Source: a virus. Taken from it: a stretch of 64,000 nucleotides of DNA. The notes beneath the pieces were generated by a model, which was not told the DNA's origin, did no database searches, and saw only the letters and a list, made by a program, of their open reading frames with translations. Position numbers and translations under genes: made by a program. The stretch lies in the IMG/VR virus record IMGVR_UViG_3300021093_000007; one strand, given 5' to 3'. Positions 59,662 through 64,000 of this stretch are shown here, piece by piece (position 1 is the first letter of the stretch; each line of letters starts with the position of its first letter).

Positions 59662-60669
59662 ATGTCTCAAATCATTTCTTTTTACACGAATAGTGTAACA
59701 AATTGGAGTGCAGTGCTATCTAACTCCACCTTTAAATCTCTAGAACCTCCAGTATTTGCTTGTGCAGATTATATCCAGATTGAAGTAAAAAACTGGATTG
59801 ATCTTAATATTCAACAACCAACAAACAAAGCACGATCTGGCGGTGTTGATACAAATAACATTAATGGACTAATTCCCGAACTTCAGTCTGGATATCGTGT
59901 TACGGAACTTCCACCAATTTTAATGATTCTTCCAAATGGAGATCAAGAAGTTTGGGATGGATACAATCGGTATAACGCATGTTATGAACTTGGAATTCCT
60001 GACTATCCGTTTTTAGTTTATCGTTTAAAAGAAGATTGGGTAACTTCTTTGGAAGATGCCTATGATATTGTCGCTCTTGGTGCTAATAATCATAGAGTAG
60101 CGAAACGTCATACAATTAACGATTTTGTGAATCGTGGTGTTTGTTATTGCAAGCGTCATGGTAGTAACCTTTCAAAAAATGAAATCAAAACCTGGGTGGA
60201 TTCTATCAGCAATACATTTACACCTAAGCAAATAAGTGATATTGTTGACAAAGTTTATCAACAAACTACTATTGCTGTGAACATTGCTCCATATGTTCAC
60301 CCTAAAAATGCTCAACAAAAAGTATCTGAAATTGTTCAGACTGGATCTTCTATAAACCCAGTAATTATTTGTTGTAAAGAAGATACTTATATTGAACGCG
60401 GATTTCTTCAGATTATGAAAAATCTCGTTGAAAATGGTATTTCCGAAACTGATGTTGTAACTTACACCAAAGGATGTGAAACTGCGGAAGAAGTGGTAAA
60501 GCAACGTCAATCGGCCGTTGAATACTTAAAAAAACTCGATGCACTTGTTATACAGTATGTTACAAAAAGATTTACTTCACAATTGCCATCTTATACAATT
60601 TCAGGATCTCTTCCACAACTTATTGGAATCGAAGATCCTCAATCTTTAGTTAATTCTGAAAATGAGTAA
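59662..60669 (+). CDS. ParB/Srx-like N-terminal domain protein
   Basis: ARSGGVD...LPPILM...EVWDGYNRYNACYELG (DGxxR motif of the ParB/Srx fold). Confidence 0.6.
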   Translation: MSQIISFYTNSVTNWSAVLSNSTFKSLEPPVFACADYIQIEVKNWIDLNIQQPTNKARSGGVDTNNINGLIPELQSGYRVTELPPILMILPNGDQEVWDGYNRYNACYELGIPDYPFLVYRLKEDWVTSLEDAYDIVALGANNHRVAKRHTINDFVNRGVCYCKRHGSNLSKNEIKTWVDSISNTFTPKQISDIVDKVYQQTTIAVNIAPYVHPKNAQQKVSEIVQTGSSINPVIICCKEDTYIERGFLQIMKNLVENGISETDVVTYTKGCETAEEVVKQRQSAVEYLKKLDALVIQYVTKRFTSQLPSYTISGSLPQLIGIEDPQSLVNSENE

Positions 60670-60685
60670 AACCGAATAAAAAGGT

Positions 60686-60710
60686 GCGGGGAATAACACC
60701 CCGCTTTTTT
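60686..60710 (+). terminator. Rho-independent terminator
   Basis: GCGGGG-AATAACA-CCCCGC-TTTTTT. Confidence 0.85.
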
Positions 60711-60734
60711 ATGCTTTCTTGTATAATTAATAAT

Positions 60735-60790
60735 GGATGCCGAAAGGGTCCACAAAACACAAACTCGCTTTTAAAGGAGCTACCATAATG
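60735..60790 (+). promoter_or_regulatory. Structured hsp20 5' UTR, ROSE-like RNA thermometer candidate
   Basis: TATAAT at 60722-60727; GAAA-tetraloop hairpin at 60735-60751; CUCGCU-UUUAA-AGGAG hairpin at 60764-60779 pairs the SD with a bulged G. Confidence 0.55.
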
Positions 60791-61228
60791 ACTAACCTTG
60801 CAACCTCACGGTTTACAACTGCGGATCTTCCTGCCTTGATGGATAGGATTACTCGCAATAGTATTGGAATGGATGAATATCTTGATCGATTTTTTAATAT
60901 CCATGAAACAACTTCAAATTATCCCCCATATAATCTTGTTCAAGTTAGTAACGTAGAATCACGACTTGAACTTGCACTTGCTGGATTTAAAAAGGAGGAA
61001 GTACATGTATACACAGAGTATGGAAAACTTTTTGTCGAAGGGCAAAGGGAAGACAAGGAATCTGATACCAACTACGTCCATAAGGGACTGGCGCAACGAT
61101 CCTTCAAAAGGGCATGGGCACTATCCGACGACACGGAAGTGCGGGAAGTGGCATTTGAGGATGGACTGTTAACAGTTAGACTTGGTAAGATTGTTCCTGA
61201 ACATCATACTCGTAAAGATTATCTATAA
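60788..61228 (+). CDS. hsp20: Small heat shock protein Hsp20 (IbpA-like)
   Basis: NYPPYNLV, LELALAGF, YVHKGLAQRSF, FEDGLLTV; SD AAGGAG; true start ATG 60788. Confidence 0.95.
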   Translation: MTNLATSRFTTADLPALMDRITRNSIGMDEYLDRFFNIHETTSNYPPYNLVQVSNVESRLELALAGFKKEEVHVYTEYGKLFVEGQREDKESDTNYVHKGLAQRSFKRAWALSDDTEVREVAFEDGLLTVRLGKIVPEHHTRKDYL

Positions 61229-61231
61229 ATA
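61224..61231 (+). promoter_or_regulatory. Perfect T4 late promoter (TATAAATA) at the hsp20 stop
   Basis: TATAAATA overlapping the TAA. Confidence 0.6.
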
Positions 61232-61253
61232 TAATTGAATATCGTCGGCGCAA

Positions 61254-61298
61254 GGGTGGGGTCTGGCAAATATCAGATCTTGCCCCATTTTCTTTTTT
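61254..61298 (+). terminator. GU-rich hairpin plus T tract (terminator or small RNA 3' end)
   Basis: GGGTGGGGTCTG-GCAAATAT-CAGATCTTGCCC followed by CATTTTCTTTTTT. Confidence 0.5.
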
Positions 61299-61331
61299 GT
61301 GCTAATATTTAAATAAAGTTTTATCAAAATT

Positions 61332-61682
61332 ATGGCAATTAAATTAGCTGTTGTAAAAACAGGAGAACAGATTGTTACCAAAGTTGAGGAAATGCTTCTT
61401 GAAGATAAAGTAGTTGGATACTTCTTTATCAAACCTTGTTTGGTTGAAACCAGTGATCCAAAAGTTAATGAGGAAACTGGTAAGGCATCCTTTGACATTA
61501 AATTGAGTCCATGGATTCCACTGGGCAAGGGGATTAGATTCCCAGTTCCTCTTGACTGGATCGTTACTTTTATTGATCCAGTGGATGAACTGTATAAAAT
61601 GTATACTGTAGATATTCTTAGAGAAACTGAAGAAACTCAAGAACAATCTATTATTTTAACCGATTCATGTGAGGATTGCTGA
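61332..61682 (+). CDS. Conserved hypothetical protein (KxGE family)
   Basis: MAIKLAVVKTGEQIVTKV...KP...LSPWIPL...DWIVTFIDP. Confidence 0.75.
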   Translation: MAIKLAVVKTGEQIVTKVEEMLLEDKVVGYFFIKPCLVETSDPKVNEETGKASFDIKLSPWIPLGKGIRFPVPLDWIVTFIDPVDELYKMYTVDILRETEETQEQSIILTDSCEDC

Positions 61683-61683
61683 T

Positions 61684-61944
61684 ATGGCAAAAGATGCAAA
61701 GGTAATTATTTTCCAATCTGGAGGAACTTTAATTTCTCAAATTGAAGAACTAGAATCTGCAGATCTTGGAGAACCAGATTGCAAACTTATAGAACCATTT
61801 AATATTGTTTCTGATGGAACGTTGCAACCTTGGTTAGGAGAACTGACCAAGCAGAATGAGTTCATAATTCATTCCGACAAAATCTTGACGATTGCCGAAC
61901 CCAATGCTAGAATCAAAGAACTATATGAAAGCTTGACTAAGTAA
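61684..61944 (+). CDS. Conserved hypothetical protein upstream of gp43
   Basis: LISQIEE...GEPDCKLIEPF...LQPW...SDKILTIAEP. Confidence 0.75.
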   Translation: MAKDAKVIIFQSGGTLISQIEELESADLGEPDCKLIEPFNIVSDGTLQPWLGELTKQNEFIIHSDKILTIAEPNARIKELYESLTK

Positions 61945-64000
61945 TGAGGTTTTATACCAACGTCCAAATGGTCGGGGATCAATTTCTCGTAAGAGGATAT
62001 GAAGATGGAAAACACTTCATGACTCGTGAGAAGTTCACCCCGACCCTTTTTGTTACTGCAAATAAAAAAACAAATTATAAAACTTTATCTGGGGAATATG
62101 TAGATGCTATTAAACCTGGATTTGTAAGAGAATGTAGGGAGTTCATAAAAAAATATGAAGGTGTAGATGGATTTAAAGTCTACGGGAATGAAAGATATAT
62201 CTACCAATACATATCAGACAAGTATCCACAATCTGAAATTAAATTTGATATTAGTAAAATTAAACTGTTTACGATTGATATTGAGGTTGCATCTGAGAAC
62301 GGATTTCCAGATGTAGAAAATGCAGCAGAAGAAGTTTTACTTATCACAATTCAAGATTATACAACAAAAGAGATCATCACCTGGGGTCAAGGACCATTTA
62401 AGTTGAATAAGGGTAATCTTTATTACAAGAGATTTAATAATGAATATGATCTTTTGAACGACTTTATCAATTGGTGGATGGAAAATACTCCAGAAGTTAT
62501 TACTGGATGGAATAGTAAGTTGTATGACATTCCATATATTGTCCGTCGATTAGATAGAGTCCTTGGTGAGAAGTTGATGAAGAGATTGTCTCCTTGGGGA
62601 CTGGTAACAGAACAAGAGATTTTTGTCACTGGAAGAAAACAAATATCTTATGATATTGGTGGAATCTCTCAGTTAGATTATCTGGATTTGTATAAGAAGT
62701 TTACTTACACCAACCAAGAGTCTTATCGTCTTGACCATATTGCAAGTGTGGAACTTGGGCAGAAAAAACTAGACCACTCTGAGTTTGATACTTTTAAAGA
62801 CTTTTACACTAAAGGTTGGCAAAAGTTTGTAGAATACAACATCGTTGACGTGGAACTTGTTGACCGTTTGGAAGACAAGATGAAACTGATTGAACTTGCT
62901 CTTACAATGGCATATGACGCCAAAGTGAACTATGAGGATGTGTTCTATCAAGTTAGGATGTGGGATACAATTATCTTTAATTATTTGAAGGAGAGGAATA
63001 TTGTGATTCCTCCCAAAGAACGTTCAGGTAAGGACTCCAAGTATGCTGGAGCATATGTAAAAGAACCTATTCCTGGAAAGTATGATTGGGTGGTAAGTTT
63101 TGACTTGAATTCTCTATATCCTCACCTCATTATGCAATACAACATCTCACCAGAAACTCTTCTGGAAGAGAAACATCCAAACGTAACTGTTGATAAAATT
63201 TTAAATCAAGACATTACTTTTGAATTGTATAAAGATAAAGCGGTTTGTGCTAACGGAGCAATGTTCCGTAAGGATGTGCGAGGATTTCTCCCAGAACTGA
63301 TGGAGAAGATTTATAAAGATCGAACCATCTACAAAAAGAAGATGCTTGAAGCAAAGCAAGAGTATGAAAAGAAAAAGACAAAAGAATTGGAAAAGGAGAT
63401 TGCTCGATGTAACAACATTCAAATGGCAAGGAAGATTCAACTTAACTCTGCCTATGGTGCTATTGGTAATCAGTATTTTCGCTATTACAAACTAGCAAAT
63501 GCTGAAGCAATTACATTATCTGGTCAGGTATCGATCCGCTGGATTGAAAACAAAATGAATTCTTATCTTAATAAACTTTTGAAGACAGAAGAAGAAGACT
63601 ATGTTATTGCTGCAGATACTGACTCCATTTATCTTAATATGGGTCCTTTGGTTGAAACTGTATACAAGGGAAGAGAGAAAACTACTGAAGGCGTTGTCAC
63701 GTTCCTTGATAAGGTCTGTAAAGTGGAACTTGAAAACTATATTGAAGGTTGCTACCAAGAACTGGCTACGTATGTAAATGCATATGACCAGAAGATGCAG
63801 ATGAAACGTGAGAACATTGCAGAACGTGGAATCTGGACTGCCAAGAAGCGTTACATTTTGAATGTCTGGGATAGTGAAGGTGTCCGTTATGAAGAACCCA
63901 AACTCAAGATGATGGGTATTGAGGCAGTCAAGTCTTCTACACCTGCCCCTTGCCGCAAAATGATTAAGGATGGACTTAAGTTGATGATGAGTGGAACAGA
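61944..64000 (+). CDS. gp43: Family B DNA polymerase gp43, 3'-truncated by the window edge
   Basis: Missing from the track because there is no stop in the window. ATG 61944 gives MRFYTNVQMVG; exonuclease DIEV and TGWNS..YD; polymerase SFDLNSLYPH, KIQLNSAYG, AADTDS, KKRY. Confidence 0.97.
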   Translation, partial: MRFYTNVQMVGDQFLVRGYEDGKHFMTREKFTPTLFVTANKKTNYKTLSGEYVDAIKPGFVRECREFIKKYEGVDGFKVYGNERYIYQYISDKYPQSEIKFDISKIKLFTIDIEVASENGFPDVENAAEEVLLITIQDYTTKEIITWGQGPFKLNKGNLYYKRFNNEYDLLNDFINWWMENTPEVITGWNSKLYDIPYIVRRLDRVLGEKLMKRLSPWGLVTEQEIFVTGRKQISYDIGGISQLDYLDLYKKFTYTNQESYRLDHIASVELGQKKLDHSEFDTFKDFYTKGWQKFVEYNIVDVELVDRLEDKMKLIELALTMAYDAKVNYEDVFYQVRMWDTIIFNYLKERNIVIPPKERSGKDSKYAGAYVKEPIPGKYDWVVSFDLNSLYPHLIMQYNISPETLLEEKHPNVTVDKILNQDITFELYKDKAVCANGAMFRKDVRGFLPELMEKIYKDRTIYKKKMLEAKQEYEKKKTKELEKEIARCNNIQMARKIQLNSAYGAIGNQYFRYYKLANAEAITLSGQVSIRWIENKMNSYLNKLLKTEEEDYVIAADTDSIYLNMGPLVETVYKGREKTTEGVVTFLDKVCKVELENYIEGCYQELATYVNAYDQKMQMKRENIAERGIWTAKKRYILNVWDSEGVRYEEPKLKMMGIEAVKSSTPAPCRKMIKDGLKLMMSGT

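Noticed and set aside
60737-60787. 17-aa N-terminal extension of Hsp20 in the ORF track
   Set aside because: This is the structured 5' UTR; the SD AAGGAG points to ATG 60788

Overview
A 64-kb segment of a large, AT-rich T4-like myophage genome. Gene content and order (gp7-gp8-VrlC-gp13-14-15-16-17-18-19-20...21-22-23-gp3-uvsY-uvsW-gp55-47-46...cobS...gp45-44...62-regA...hsp20...gp43) match T4-like cyanomyoviruses. The host is inferred from this order only; no photosynthesis gene is in the window. The left ~42 kb is the late structural module, marked by repeated (A/C/T)TAAATA late-promoter boxes. The right ~22 kb covers recombination and replication, with sigma70-type promoters, and ends inside the DNA polymerase. 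The main anomaly is a ~5.1-kb insertion between the portal and prohead genes. It holds a 2OG-Fe(II)-oxygenase-like gene on the plus strand and a minus-strand operon (GT25 glycosyltransferase plus two paralogous cobalamin-binding radical SAM enzymes). That operon has its own late promoter, back-to-back with the one restarting the head genes. Virion proteins also carry a pervasive G-[IVLF]-[GAST]-[ST] motif, so I propose a phage-encoded virion modification (glycosylation/methylation) system; this is inference. Other notable items: a ROSE-like RNA thermometer before hsp20, a consensus antisense sigma70 promoter before gp55, a putative protease-processed polyprotein, nested domain insertions in gp7 and gp18, a PD-(D/E)xK-like gene beside dam, and a self-contained ParB-like cassette. 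I saw no tRNA, rRNA, CRISPR array, intron or intein.
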